Positions 1 through 10,537 of a DNA stretch of 64,000 nucleotides are shown in pieces. The stretch is from Elusimicrobiota bacterium. Its GTDB lineage: Bacteria > Elusimicrobiota > UBA8919. The stretch spans positions 8,961 to 72,960 of the forward strand of contig JAQUMH010000003.1 in NCBI GenBank assembly GCA_028718185.1. The letters are read 5' to 3'. Made by a program: the position numbers and the translations under genes. Below the pieces are notes generated by a model that worked only from the letters and a program-made list of their open reading frames with translations, ran no database searches and was not told the DNA's origin. Within the stretch, counting starts at the first letter, position 1. Each line of letters opens with the position of its first letter.

Positions 1-2
1 AA

Positions 3-3000
3 TTTAATTTACACTCGTTACAGATAGCAGATTTCAACAAGGACGGACTTCCTGATATAGCGACGTCAAAAATGCATAATTCTATTCCCTCAGGGGTGTC
101 TGGAGTTGGAGATGTAATGGTATATTACCAGTATCCAAAAGGCACATTTAATCCGGCTAACAAACAAGTTATTTCAACAATGGGAACACACGAGATACAG
201 GCAGCTGATTTTGATAATGACGGTGATATAGATTTGTTCGGAGCCAATTGGAGGAACATCGGGACAATAGTAGTTGACTCCGAAGGAGCAGACATAAAGT
301 TATGGCGTAATACGATGACAACAAAACTAGCACTTAACGATTTCACATATAAGCAAGTAGATAATAACAGGGAAAGATATTTTTGCACAACGGCTGAAAG
401 CACAGGCGGTGGCAGCGGTACAAAATATTTTGGAACCGATGCTGCTGACTTCACAGGTGACGGCTATAAAGATATAGTTTCAGGAAAATATTTTTACAAG
501 AACCCGGGCACAGACATGATAGGCACATGGACGAGGACGACATTCCCTGTAAATGTAGACGGTTGCCTGGCGGTTGATGTTGATGCCGATGGTGTTCCGG
601 AAGTAATAGCGGAAGGATTATTTCAATCTGATGCAAGTCATGTCGGGGGAACAGCCGATCCCGGTGTATACTTATTAAAGAAAACAGGTAACACGGATAC
701 AACAGCAGACTGGACAGCTACAAAAATAATAGATGATACAGTTTTAGGTTCAACATTGCACGGTAACGGGCAGGGATATTTAGTAGCCGATATAGTGCGT
801 GGCGGAAAACCTGAAATACTGTTGGAAGGAAATGCGGCAATATATTGCGTAGAAATACCTAATTCAAATTATACTACACCGGCATCATGGATAACAAAAG
901 AGATAGCTGCTTGTAACGAGCAGGGGTTTGCGGTAGGCGATATAAATAAAGACGGGTTATTGGATGTAGTAGTCGGCGATTATACAAATCTTGCCAATGG
1001 TATATATTGGTGCAAGAATCCCGGAGCAGGAGCAGACGGGCATGTTCAACCGATTGCAAACTGGACAAGAAACGCAATAGGCAACACACAGCAGACAGGA
1101 ACAGGGGTATCAACAAGATACACTACTGACAGGATAAAAGTTGCAGATATAAATAATGACGGTCGGCTTGATGTAGTAGTGAGTAATGAATATTATCAAG
1201 GCGGAGTATGGCCGTCAGATGTAAAGACGTTCTGGTTTGAGCAGACTGCTGCCGGTGGTTGGACACAACATGTAATCTGCAGCGGACAATATTCTTCAAA
1301 CAGCATGGATGTGGCAGACATAGATTTAGACGGGCAGATAGAAGTGGTAACCGGCGAGATGGGTGACGGAGCTAATGCAAACAACGGAAAACACGTAAGG
1401 ATTTGGGATACAACTGATAATGGCGCTACTTGGACAGCGACAACGGCAGGAACAGCAGAAAGCCATTGCGGAGCAATGTTGTATGACATGGACAACGACG
1501 GCGATTTGGATATACTCAGTAATACTTGGGGACCGAACGGGACATATGTCGGTTATGAGAGTTATAAAAATTACCATTTATGGAGAAATAATGCGATAGG
1601 TATCGGTGGAGGTACACCATCCAATCTGCCGCCTACAGCAAGCATCACAGTTCCGACCTCAGGGCAAAATTACCCGGTAGCTCCGGCAAGTGTATCAATA
1701 ACAGCGACAGCAAGTGACCCGGATGATACAATAAGTAAAGTAATAATATCAGGAGATGCTACCCCGCTTACTACAATCAGCGGCGCACTGGCGTCATACA
1801 CATATACATGGACCGGTGTTCCGGCAGGGAACCATTCCATATCAGTAACAGCATATGACAGTTATAGTACACCGTCATCTCCGGTAACAAGGAGTATAAG
1901 TGTTGGTTCAGTATCAACATCAGCTGAGCCGAGATTCAAAGTAAAAGAGACAATAGGGTCTGGTAGCTTCAGCAGGGAAGACAAACCTGTAGAATTATCA
2001 ATTAATTTCACTTCATTGCTTGCTAATTCCAATATAGGAATTACAGGACTGGCGTTTAATGTTGATTCACTAAGAGTAAAAGAAGTAGATGGCAGTAATA
2101 ACGTAATAAACCCGAATGTGCCCTTCCAGTTTGACCAGGCGACAGGTTATAATGCCGTCACAAATGCATCCGGAAACTTAACATTGATAATGGCAGGTAA
2201 TACAGCAGCTAATACTGATAGATATTATGAAGTATATTTTGACACAAATCCGTTAGTATCGGCAGTAAGTGTCCCGGCACAGGTAGCAGTAACAGACGTA
2301 GCTAATTATGCGGGGCAGGATAGTTTAAAGATAGTAACAGTAAATGCAGATTATTACTATCATAAAACAGGTGGTGCTTTTGCCAGTATAATAGACAAGA
2401 ATAGTAATGACTGGGTAAGTTTTCATCATACCACAGGTTCCGGTGCAGGCGGAGAATATCGCGGATTACCTAACATTGGACCCTGTGCACATCCCGGATA
2501 TCCGGAAATGTCTACAACCGGACTTGGAGCAACTACAACAGTATTGGTCTCAGGTCCTATAAAAACAACGGTTAAATCAATAACAACTGATAACAATTGG
2601 GAATGGACATGGGATTTCTATCCAAAATATGCAACGATGACGCTATCTAAAAAGGATTCCACAAAGAATTATTGGTTCCTGTATGAAGGTACTCCGGGAG
2701 GCGGCGATTGTGTAAATTCAACTGACTACTTTTACAGGTCAAATGATACGACTCAGAAGAATTGTGGTTCATATACTAATTCAAGTAGTGCGACTAATTT
2801 AGCAGAAGATATACCTAATCCGGAATGGGTATATTTTGCAGATAGCACCTTAAATAGAAGTTTGTATCTTGTAAATCAGGAAGATGATAGTTATAATGAT
2901 AATTACTGGTCAATGACTGCTGTAGCAACTAACTATAAAATGACAGTATGGGGATTTGGCAGGGCAGCGAGTGGTAGTGGTAATAATACACTTATGACTA

Positions 3001-6000
3001 CAGTGCCGGCACATCTTACAATCGGACTCGCTGACAGCAGGGATAAAGCTACAACAGCAAATACAATAGAAAGTTCATGGAGACAGTTAGGTGCTATAAC
3101 TCAGTCAGCGCCGGAAGTAACAGTTCCGGGACCTTCAAATCAAGCGCCTACTGCAAGCATAACCGCACCATCAAACGCAGCATCATATAATTTAGGTGAT
3201 ACCGTAACAATAAATGCAACAGCAACCGACAGTGACGGAACGATAAGCAAAGTGGACTTTTATGCAGGTGTTACATTGGTCGGAACAGATACAACCTTAC
3301 CATACAGCTGTACATGGACACCGACAGTAGCAGGAAGTTATAATTTGACAGCAGTAGCGACAGATGACGGAAATGCAACCGGAACATCGTCTGTGATAGC
3401 AATAACAGTAAATTCGGCAGGTCCAATCCAGCAGGCATATCCTGCAGGAGTAGACTGGGCTATAGGCTCAGGGACAACAACGATACAGGTAGAAGATTAC
3501 GATATGATGACGAGTGGTAAAGGTGAGGGTACGGCATACCACGATACAACAGTCGGCAACAGTAGTACGGTGTATAGAACAAGCGAGAATGTAGATGTGC
3601 AAGCGTGCACCGATACAGGTGGTGGGTATAACGTAGGGTGGACAAAACCCGGGGAATGGCTGGAATACAGTGTGAATGTAAATGAAGGCGGAGAATACAA
3701 AATAATTCTGAGAGCAGCCATGTCAGGTTCAGCAAGTCCGTTACACCTTGAATTCGGTACGCATAATTTAACGCCATATTGTATAACACCCTCGGTGACC
3801 ATACCTAATACAGGTGGATGGCAGACATGGACTGATGTAACACTTTCAACCGGGGTAACACTTACCGCAGGCAACCAGATAATGAAGTTGGTCATGGATG
3901 CTAGTGCAATAACGGGTTGTGGTAATCTTAATTATATCAGTTTAATAAAAATGAGTGCAGATACGCCTAATGTAGTGGCAACACCGACAATCAGCCCGGC
4001 AGCAGGGTCATATGCAGATTCTGTTACAGTAACCTTAGGATGTGCAACCAATGCAGCAGAGATAAGATATACTACAAATGGAACAGACCCGACATCATCG
4101 TCAACATTATATAATTCACCATTTACATTAACAGCGAGTGCAACAGTCCGGGCACGTGCGTTCAAAGCTACTATGACCGATAGTTCTGTAAATAGTACGG
4201 TATATACAATAACAACCGTTTCAAACCAACAGTCATATGGAAATACTCCGGTAGGTACTCCTTGGCAGGTAGGAGCAGGGTCAACAACGGTACAAGCGGA
4301 GAATTACGATACAGTAATAACAGGTTCTGCGTCCGGTGAGACATACTTTGATACGACAGCCGGTAACACTGGCGGAGCATACAGGACAACCGAGAATGTA
4401 GATATACAGGCATGCACCGATACCGGTGGCGGGTATAGCTTAGGATATGTATACCCGACCGAATGGCTTGAATACAGCATAAATGTGAATCAGAGTGGTG
4501 ACTATAAAGTAATAATACGCGCAGCTAACGGCCAGGCAAGTGCCGGCAGCCCGATACACATTGAATTCGGTCCGCACAATGCAACAACTCTTTTAACACC
4601 GGCAGTAAGTGTTCCGGCAACAGGCGGGTGGCAGACCTGGACTGATGTAGTAGTTTCAACCGATATCGCACTTGCCGCAGGTGACCAGATAATGAAGTTA
4701 GTTATGAACTCTGGCGCGGGTTCTGCCGGCAATTTCAATTACATAACTCTAGTAAGACTAAGTGCCGATACAACACCGCCAACAATAAGCGCAGTAACAA
4801 CGCCAAGTATAACCGGTAGTGGAATAGTAATAACTTGGACAACTAACGAGCTCGCGACCAGTAAAGTGGAGTATGGCTTAACAACAAGTTATGGCAGTGA
4901 AACTCCGGTAACAGATACCGATGGAGTATACAACCACAGTGTTACGCTAAGCGGTCTTACTGAAAACACAGTCTATCATTACCGGATGGTGTCCGTAGAT
5001 ATGAATGGCAATCCAACAACAACAGGAGATTACAGTTTTACAACAATCTCTAATGATCCTAATCCGCCGGTAATAAGCAATGTAACAGCCGGCGTAACAC
5101 AAAATAGTGCAGTAATAACATGGACAACTGATGAGAACTCAGACTCACAGATAGCATATGGCCTCACAACAGATTTAGTGAACACAACTACATTAGATGC
5201 AACACCAACCAGGCTACACAGTGTTTTGCTTAGTGCATTAGATAAAGGCAAGACCTATTATTACAAGGTCTATAGCCGTGACTCGTCTAATAATCTTGCG
5301 ATATCAGCACAATACAGTTTCAAGACATATAACTTAAAACACAGAATATATACCTATTATTATGATGACGGGACAACTGCAACCAAGACAGGAGCATCTG
5401 CGACTGCAACTTTGAAGTTCAAGGTGCAGGTATATAATGTAGATGAAAATAGTATAGCAACTGATTATACAGGAACACTAACTCTTACAACGAAGAACAG
5501 CAATAGTAGTGTCCTGGATGCTGCAAATTCAACGTTAACTTTGGCAGATTCAGGTGAGAAGGAAGTCTCAATTCCGTTCCGCAGTGATATAAATACGGTA
5601 GAGTTAACGGGTGATACCACAGCTCCGGTAGTGATAAATTTCAATGATATGTATATCGCTAAGTTAGTAGGCTACCAGGGTGGTTCAATACGAGGCGCTA
5701 ACGGGCTAAAGATAATAATACCTACAGGCGTTTTGTCTGCGAACAAGTATCTTGCCTCAATAAAGACAAGTGCCGCACCTGCTGTCCAGAACACAATCAA
5801 ATATGTTAATACCAAAAATCCTATATGTTATGATTTTGGTGAGTTAACATTTAACAATAATGCGCCGGTATTGCAAAATCAGGTGTTTACAAGAGCAGTA
5901 AACATAACAATACCATATGCAGCAGCAGATATAGGGACACTAAATGAGGACGGACTTAGAATCTATTACTGGACCGGGACAGATTGGGATTTGGTTTCAG

Positions 6001-6377
6001 GAGTCCAGACAGTAGACAAAGTAAACAATACAATCACAGCGACAGTCAAACACTTCTCAACATACCGTATATTGGGTAGTTATGTATCTGTTGACATGAG
6101 TAATGTTAAAGTTTATCCTAACCCATTCAATCCTGACACAGCGGTACTGGGCAAATTGAAGATAATCAATTTACCGATGAACAGCAACATGAAGTTGTAT
6201 ACTGTAGCTGGACGGTTAGTCCGCGAGTTGAAAGAGGTTGACTTTGGCAATCTTGGCTGGCTCGAGTGGGATGGTAAGAATGACGATGGTGACAAAGTAG
6301 CCAGAGGAGTATATATTTATCAGTTAGAAGACGCTGCCGGTAACAAGAAAACCGGTAAAATTGGGCTAGTAAAATAG
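3..6377 (+). CDS. Giant secreted surface protein, 5'-truncated by the window edge. Contains FG-GAP/VCBS repeats, Ig-like domains, an unassigned ~400-aa module, 2 CBM6-like modules, a CHB_HEX_C-like domain, 2 Fn3, a conserved stalk and a FlgD-Ig/T9SS type-A-like C-terminal domain
   Basis: The frame is open from nt 3 to the listed Met at 72. The upstream codons read FNLHSLQIADFNKDGLPDIATSK, itself an FG-GAP-type DxNxDGxxD loop, so the true start lies outside the window. Repeated loops occur through aa ~45-500 (DFDNDGDIDL, DINKDGLLDV, DINNDGRLDV, DIDLDGQIEV, DMDNDGDLDI). CBM6-like 'IQVEDYD...GGYNVGWTKPGEWLEYSVNV' occurs twice. 'YTTNGTDPTSSSTLY' is CHB_HEX_C-like. The C-terminus 'VYPNPFNPDT...WDGKNDDGDKVARGVYIYQL...KIGLVK' is typical of FlgD-Ig/T9SS sorting domains. 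Confidence 0.9.
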   Translation, partial: FNLHSLQIADFNKDGLPDIATSKMHNSIPSGVSGVGDVMVYYQYPKGTFNPANKQVISTMGTHEIQAADFDNDGDIDLFGANWRNIGTIVVDSEGADIKLWRNTMTTKLALNDFTYKQVDNNRERYFCTTAESTGGGSGTKYFGTDAADFTGDGYKDIVSGKYFYKNPGTDMIGTWTRTTFPVNVDGCLAVDVDADGVPEVIAEGLFQSDASHVGGTADPGVYLLKKTGNTDTTADWTATKIIDDTVLGSTLHGNGQGYLVADIVRGGKPEILLEGNAAIYCVEIPNSNYTTPASWITKEIAACNEQGFAVGDINKDGLLDVVVGDYTNLANGIYWCKNPGAGADGHVQPIANWTRNAIGNTQQTGTGVSTRYTTDRIKVADINNDGRLDVVVSNEYYQGGVWPSDVKTFWFEQTAAGGWTQHVICSGQYSSNSMDVADIDLDGQIEVVTGEMGDGANANNGKHVRIWDTTDNGATWTATTAGTAESHCGAMLYDMDNDGDLDILSNTWGPNGTYVGYESYKNYHLWRNNAIGIGGGTPSNLPPTASITVPTSGQNYPVAPASVSITATASDPDDTISKVIISGDATPLTTISGALASYTYTWTGVPAGNHSISVTAYDSYSTPSSPVTRSISVGSVSTSAEPRFKVKETIGSGSFSREDKPVELSINFTSLLANSNIGITGLAFNVDSLRVKEVDGSNNVINPNVPFQFDQATGYNAVTNASGNLTLIMAGNTAANTDRYYEVYFDTNPLVSAVSVPAQVAVTDVANYAGQDSLKIVTVNADYYYHKTGGAFASIIDKNSNDWVSFHHTTGSGAGGEYRGLPNIGPCAHPGYPEMSTTGLGATTTVLVSGPIKTTVKSITTDNNWEWTWDFYPKYATMTLSKKDSTKNYWFLYEGTPGGGDCVNSTDYFYRSNDTTQKNCGSYTNSSSATNLAEDIPNPEWVYFADSTLNRSLYLVNQEDDSYNDNYWSMTAVATNYKMTVWGFGRAASGSGNNTLMTTVPAHLTIGLADSRDKATTANTIESSWRQLGAITQSAPEVTVPGPSNQAPTASITAPSNAASYNLGDTVTINATATDSDGTISKVDFYAGVTLVGTDTTLPYSCTWTPTVAGSYNLTAVATDDGNATGTSSVIAITVNSAGPIQQAYPAGVDWAIGSGTTTIQVEDYDMMTSGKGEGTAYHDTTVGNSSTVYRTSENVDVQACTDTGGGYNVGWTKPGEWLEYSVNVNEGGEYKIILRAAMSGSASPLHLEFGTHNLTPYCITPSVTIPNTGGWQTWTDVTLSTGVTLTAGNQIMKLVMDASAITGCGNLNYISLIKMSADTPNVVATPTISPAAGSYADSVTVTLGCATNAAEIRYTTNGTDPTSSSTLYNSPFTLTASATVRARAFKATMTDSSVNSTVYTITTVSNQQSYGNTPVGTPWQVGAGSTTVQAENYDTVITGSASGETYFDTTAGNTGGAYRTTENVDIQACTDTGGGYSLGYVYPTEWLEYSINVNQSGDYKVIIRAANGQASAGSPIHIEFGPHNATTLLTPAVSVPATGGWQTWTDVVVSTDIALAAGDQIMKLVMNSGAGSAGNFNYITLVRLSADTTPPTISAVTTPSITGSGIVITWTTNELATSKVEYGLTTSYGSETPVTDTDGVYNHSVTLSGLTENTVYHYRMVSVDMNGNPTTTGDYSFTTISNDPNPPVISNVTAGVTQNSAVITWTTDENSDSQIAYGLTTDLVNTTTLDATPTRLHSVLLSALDKGKTYYYKVYSRDSSNNLAISAQYSFKTYNLKHRIYTYYYDDGTTATKTGASATATLKFKVQVYNVDENSIATDYTGTLTLTTKNSNSSVLDAANSTLTLADSGEKEVSIPFRSDINTVELTGDTTAPVVINFNDMYIAKLVGYQGGSIRGANGLKIIIPTGVLSANKYLASIKTSAAPAVQNTIKYVNTKNPICYDFGELTFNNNAPVLQNQVFTRAVNITIPYAAADIGTLNEDGLRIYYWTGTDWDLVSGVQTVDKVNNTITATVKHFSTYRILGSYVSVDMSNVKVYPNPFNPDTAVLGKLKIINLPMNSNMKLYTVAGRLVRELKEVDFGNLGWLEWDGKNDDGDKVARGVYIYQLEDAAGNKKTGKIGLVK

Positions 6378-6637
6378 TGGATTAATGGATTAGAGAATTA
6401 GGGATTAGGTAGTTCAATGTCCAAATTCATAGTTGCAAAGCTCGCTTTACTGAATTAAAATATTGTGGGATTCTTGTCCGCCAAAGTATTAGCAAAAGAA
6501 CTATAGAAGGTGCAGAAATAAATTCTGCACCTTCTATTTTAAAGTAGATTATAACTATCGCACCATTGCGCTATCGCACCACCGCACCGTCTCATTATCG
6601 CACCGTCTCACAGTCGCACTGTTTCATTGGGGGGTAA

Positions 6638-9055
6638 ATGTCCATTCAAAAGTTGGTAAAAGTTGTATGCAATTTTGTCGTATGCATGTTTGTTGGCAGT
6701 TTTTTGTCAGGTGTAGCTGATACAACACCACCTGCAAAGATAGCGTATTTTGTAACTGCGTTTCCGACATCAAAGACCATAACACTCGTATGGCGGTCTG
6801 TCGGTGATGATGGTAATTCAGGCACAGCAACAAAATATGATATCAGGTACTCACTTTCACCTATAGCAACAGAATCAGCATGGAATTCTGCCACTAAGGT
6901 TAAATGTGATATTACCCCAAGTCCTGCAGGTTCTGCAGAATCGTTTATGATATCTGGTCTTTCACCTTTAAAAAAATACTACTTTGCAATCAAGTCCGGA
7001 GACGAAGTCCCGAACTGGTCACCATTATCTAAATCTCCGAGTGGGACAACACCTGCTATCACAGATACAATACCGCCCGGCAAGATAATTGACCTTACAA
7101 CAAGCGATCCGTCAGCTAACTCAATTACGCTTACCTGGACCGCCCCAGGTGATAACGGCAAAAAGACCATAGATGATATGTGGATACAACCTAAAGTAAA
7201 ATATTCCGCTACCGGTTTGGCTTCGAGATATATACCATATGATATAAGATATTCTTTGAAACCGATAACTGACGCTAACTGGGACTCTGCAACTAAAGTC
7301 CAGAGGACGCCAATAGCACAGGAACTGTCCAAACAGGAGAAATTTGCTGTTGCCGGTCTTTTGCCTTCTACAAAATATTATTTTGCAATAAAAACAGCAG
7401 ATGATGTTCCAAACTGGTCAGGTGTTTCAAATTGTCCCAGTGAAACCACAAGAGCCACCGGTATAAATACCCCGTATAAAGGAGTCCCGTCACAAATACC
7501 GGGTAAGATAGAAATAGAAGATTTTGATAATGGCGGACAAAGTGTAGCATATTATGATACAACACCAGGTAACTCGGGAAAGCAAAATCAATGTCGCACA
7601 AATGAAAGAGTAGATATCGGTATTTGCAATGATACAGCCGGAGGTTATTATATAGGCTGGGTAGATGCGGGTGAATGGTTAAAATATACAGTAAATGTTA
7701 AGACAGCAGGAACATATACAATAGAAATCCGGGTAGCTTGTCTTGGTTCAGGAGGAACTTTTCATATAGAGTTCGACGATATAGACAAGACAGGACCAAT
7801 GCTAGTCCCTGACACAGCCGGATGGGCAAGTTGGCAGACAATAACAAAGACAGGAGTAATTTTAACTGCAGGAAAACACGTAATGAAGTTGGCAATGGAC
7901 AGTATCGGTTCTAATTCCACCGGTAATTTTAATTATATAAATATTATACCGGAAGCTCAACAAAAACCAAATATTACAGCAAATGCTATGACAACAAATT
8001 CTACTAATCAGCCAAATGATAAGTTACTTTTTCACGAAGGAGTATTATTCCCGGATCCTAATCTGGCACCTATAAAAACACCATATTTAATTTCGTGGCG
8101 CGCTGGTCCCGGTGAACAGCCCCATGAAACAGAAAATACTTTTGGCTATACACCGTCTATTAGACCAAGGCACGATGAAATGGTAGCAAAAGGTAAACTC
8201 CCGATACCATGGTCAGGTGCAGCACATGATGACCCTTCAAAAAGTGCGAATCCAAATTATCTTGACACTGAAGAAAAGATGTACGATAGATACTTGAAGA
8301 TTGCGGAGGAAGGATATTTTGGTATAGAAATTGACGAATACTCTTCTTATGATACTGATAATCGGGTACAAGAGTCACTCAGTGCGCTAAGACGTGTTAA
8401 GAAACAATATCCAAGTATGATAATGGCCGCCGGTATTGCCGGTGCTGCGATTGATAAACCGATATCGGACGGGGCTGACGTGATAAATTTATATGAACCG
8501 GAAATATACATTTATCCGGGAACCAGGTACTACAAAACATTTATCAAGAGATGTACTGACAGTGTGAAATATTACGGGCTTGAAGCAAAAACCATAGGTA
8601 TCTTTTCTGGTGGAGATGCTTACAAAGGCAACCCGGCGGATGTTGATTTATGGATAAAATATTTGAGAGCTGAATCGCCTAAGATGGCTAGTATTGGAAT
8701 AGGAATATATAAACTCTATAATTCAAGTACTGAAGAAAGAGCAGTATTTGACAAAGTAATGGATGATGATTTTTTTAAATTGTCGCCGACTGTTTCTATA
8801 ACTGCACCTGCAAACAACACAAAATTAAGCGGGACAGTTAAAATAACTGTAATCGCTAAGAAAAATTTCGAGACAGATAATCCTGTTGTGTCTTATCGCT
8901 ATTTCATTGATAACAAACTAATAAAAATATCATCAAGCCCTGAATATCAATGGAATACTGCCGGTTATCCAAAAGGCAAACATATAATAACGGTTCATGC
9001 AGTAGCAGATGATTATCTCGCCGGTGTAAGTCAGGTAAATGTGACAACAAAGTAG
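6638..9055 (+). CDS. Secreted protein with 2 Fn3-like domains, a CBM6-like module, an unassigned hydrolase-like C-terminal region and an Ig-like domain. Paralog of 25241..27844
   Basis: A GGGGGG Shine-Dalgarno lies just upstream and the N-terminus is hydrophobic. 'WRSVGDDGNSGTATKYDIRYS' and 'WTAPGDNG...YDIRYS' are Fn3-like. 'IEIEDFDNGGQSVAYYD...GYYIGWVDAGEWLKYTVNV' is CBM6-like. The ~330-aa region containing 'GYFGIEIDEY' has no family I can name. Confidence 0.85.
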   Translation: MSIQKLVKVVCNFVVCMFVGSFLSGVADTTPPAKIAYFVTAFPTSKTITLVWRSVGDDGNSGTATKYDIRYSLSPIATESAWNSATKVKCDITPSPAGSAESFMISGLSPLKKYYFAIKSGDEVPNWSPLSKSPSGTTPAITDTIPPGKIIDLTTSDPSANSITLTWTAPGDNGKKTIDDMWIQPKVKYSATGLASRYIPYDIRYSLKPITDANWDSATKVQRTPIAQELSKQEKFAVAGLLPSTKYYFAIKTADDVPNWSGVSNCPSETTRATGINTPYKGVPSQIPGKIEIEDFDNGGQSVAYYDTTPGNSGKQNQCRTNERVDIGICNDTAGGYYIGWVDAGEWLKYTVNVKTAGTYTIEIRVACLGSGGTFHIEFDDIDKTGPMLVPDTAGWASWQTITKTGVILTAGKHVMKLAMDSIGSNSTGNFNYINIIPEAQQKPNITANAMTTNSTNQPNDKLLFHEGVLFPDPNLAPIKTPYLISWRAGPGEQPHETENTFGYTPSIRPRHDEMVAKGKLPIPWSGAAHDDPSKSANPNYLDTEEKMYDRYLKIAEEGYFGIEIDEYSSYDTDNRVQESLSALRRVKKQYPSMIMAAGIAGAAIDKPISDGADVINLYEPEIYIYPGTRYYKTFIKRCTDSVKYYGLEAKTIGIFSGGDAYKGNPADVDLWIKYLRAESPKMASIGIGIYKLYNSSTEERAVFDKVMDDDFFKLSPTVSITAPANNTKLSGTVKITVIAKKNFETDNPVVSYRYFIDNKLIKISSSPEYQWNTAGYPKGKHIITVHAVADDYLAGVSQVNVTTK

Positions 9056-9289
9056 TCAATAGTCAGACGACAGAAACAAGATGCAAGATGCAAGATAACA
9101 TCTTACTTCTGACTTCTGACTTCTGACCTCTGACTTCTTGCTTCTTGATTATTAGCCGTTCACAAAACTGAAGGTTAAGAATAGGGGTTGTTGTTGAAGT
9201 CAAGATCAGATTAGGTGAAGCAATCTCATAGTTTTTAAATAGAGATTGCCACGGGCTTGTCGCAAGGAGATTTATTTAAGGAGTTTGTC

Positions 9290-10375
9290 ATGGAATGTTT
9301 ATGGAAGCAGAATTGGCAGGAAACGAAAAAGCATTTTACGGATTGGTGGAACCGCAAAGGACTTATACTAGGGATGTGGGATGCATTTGATGCTGCAAAA
9401 CCGCATGAAATCGTATCAGACCCCGGTAAAACTGAATCAATAGAAGAATCTTATGTCAATCACGAGTTCAAGTCTAAAAAAAACCATTATTCTATATCAA
9501 AAAAATGTTTTGACGGGGATATTCTTCCAATTGCAAATGTTGATTTAGGTCCGGGTTCCCTTGCTCTTTTTCTTGGTTCGGAACCAGGTTTTTCTGAAAG
9601 AACTATATGGTTTAATCCCATTATGAAAGATGACGAGAATCCGGAAAACAGACCTGCGTTAAAGTTTAATCCCGAAAATAAGTGGTGGAAAATAACCGAA
9701 GCATTGCTAAGGGAATCTGTAAAACTTTCAAATCATAAATACATTGTAGGTTGTCATGACCTTATTGAGAATATCGATATTCTTGCTTCTTTACGCGGTA
9801 CTGAAACACTGCTTATGGATATGGTTGAACGACCGGACTGGGTAAAACGGAAATTGGATGAGATTAATCAGGTCTGGTTTGAAGCATACAGTCGTATATA
9901 TGACATTATAAAACTCGAAGACGATAGTAGTGCTTTTAGAGCATTTTATATTTGGGGACCTGGTAAAACAGCAAAAGTGCAGTGTGATGCCTCAGCCATG
10001 TTTTCACCAGCCATGTTTGAGCAGTTTGTTGTCCCTGCTTTAAGCAGGCAGTGTGAGTGGTTAGATTATTCCATGTTCCACCTTGATGGTCACCAATGTC
10101 TTGCGCATCTTGATAGTTTGCTTTCTATAAAAGGACTTGATGCGATTGAATGGACACCAGACCCCACCATACCTTCAGGGGGCAATAAAGAATGGTATAG
10201 TCTTTATAGAAAAATACTTGATGCTGGTAAATCGGTACAGGCGGTTGGTATTAGACATAAAGAAATAATTCCTTTGCTTGATGCAGTAGGCGGGAAAGGG
10301 ATGTATATTCATACTAGTTTTGATAATGAAAAAGAATTAGAAACACTTATTAAAAAAGTTGAACCATACAGGTAA
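9290..10375 (+). CDS. Cytoplasmic protein, possibly of the URO-D (uroporphyrinogen decarboxylase/MtaA-like) fold family
   Basis: The ORF track starts at TTG 9257. The in-frame ATG at 9290 follows AAGGAG (9278-9283) at 6-nt spacing and is preferred. 'FHLDGHQCLAHLDSLLSIKGLDAIEWTP' resembles the C-terminal barrel strands of URO-D-type enzymes. This is a by-eye assignment only. Confidence 0.6.
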   Translation: MECLWKQNWQETKKHFTDWWNRKGLILGMWDAFDAAKPHEIVSDPGKTESIEESYVNHEFKSKKNHYSISKKCFDGDILPIANVDLGPGSLALFLGSEPGFSERTIWFNPIMKDDENPENRPALKFNPENKWWKITEALLRESVKLSNHKYIVGCHDLIENIDILASLRGTETLLMDMVERPDWVKRKLDEINQVWFEAYSRIYDIIKLEDDSSAFRAFYIWGPGKTAKVQCDASAMFSPAMFEQFVVPALSRQCEWLDYSMFHLDGHQCLAHLDSLLSIKGLDAIEWTPDPTIPSGGNKEWYSLYRKILDAGKSVQAVGIRHKEIIPLLDAVGGKGMYIHTSFDNEKELETLIKKVEPYR

Positions 10376-10391
10376 GAGACGTAGTAAGGAA

Positions 10392-10470
10392 GAGTTATTG
10401 GGTTATAGCGTTATAGGGTTGTAGGGTTTAAACTCTATGAACTCTATAACTCTACAAACTCTAAAACTCT
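10392..10470 (+). repeat. Octamer-periodic palindrome of the TATAGRG family, followed by ATCCCACA direct octamers (10471-10530)
   Basis: GTTATAGCGTTATAGGGTTGTAGGGTTT pairs with AAACTCTATGAACTCTATAACTCTACAAACTC. It lies between convergent genes. Confidence 0.75.
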
Positions 10471-10537
10471 ACCATCCCACAATCCCACAATCCCGCTATC
10501 CCACGACCCCACCATTTCACTATCCTATATTTTATAG

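Noticed and set aside
125-6295. Numerous 60-135-aa ORFs antisense to, or out of frame with, the giant genes. The same pattern occurs within 6638-9055, 11509-16005, 20389-23577, 25241-27844, 29730-39326, 44876-48367 and 57816-59702
   Set aside because: They lie entirely inside long, motif-rich + strand ORFs. They have low-complexity or biased composition, no RBS and no recognisable motifs, so they are shadow ORFs.
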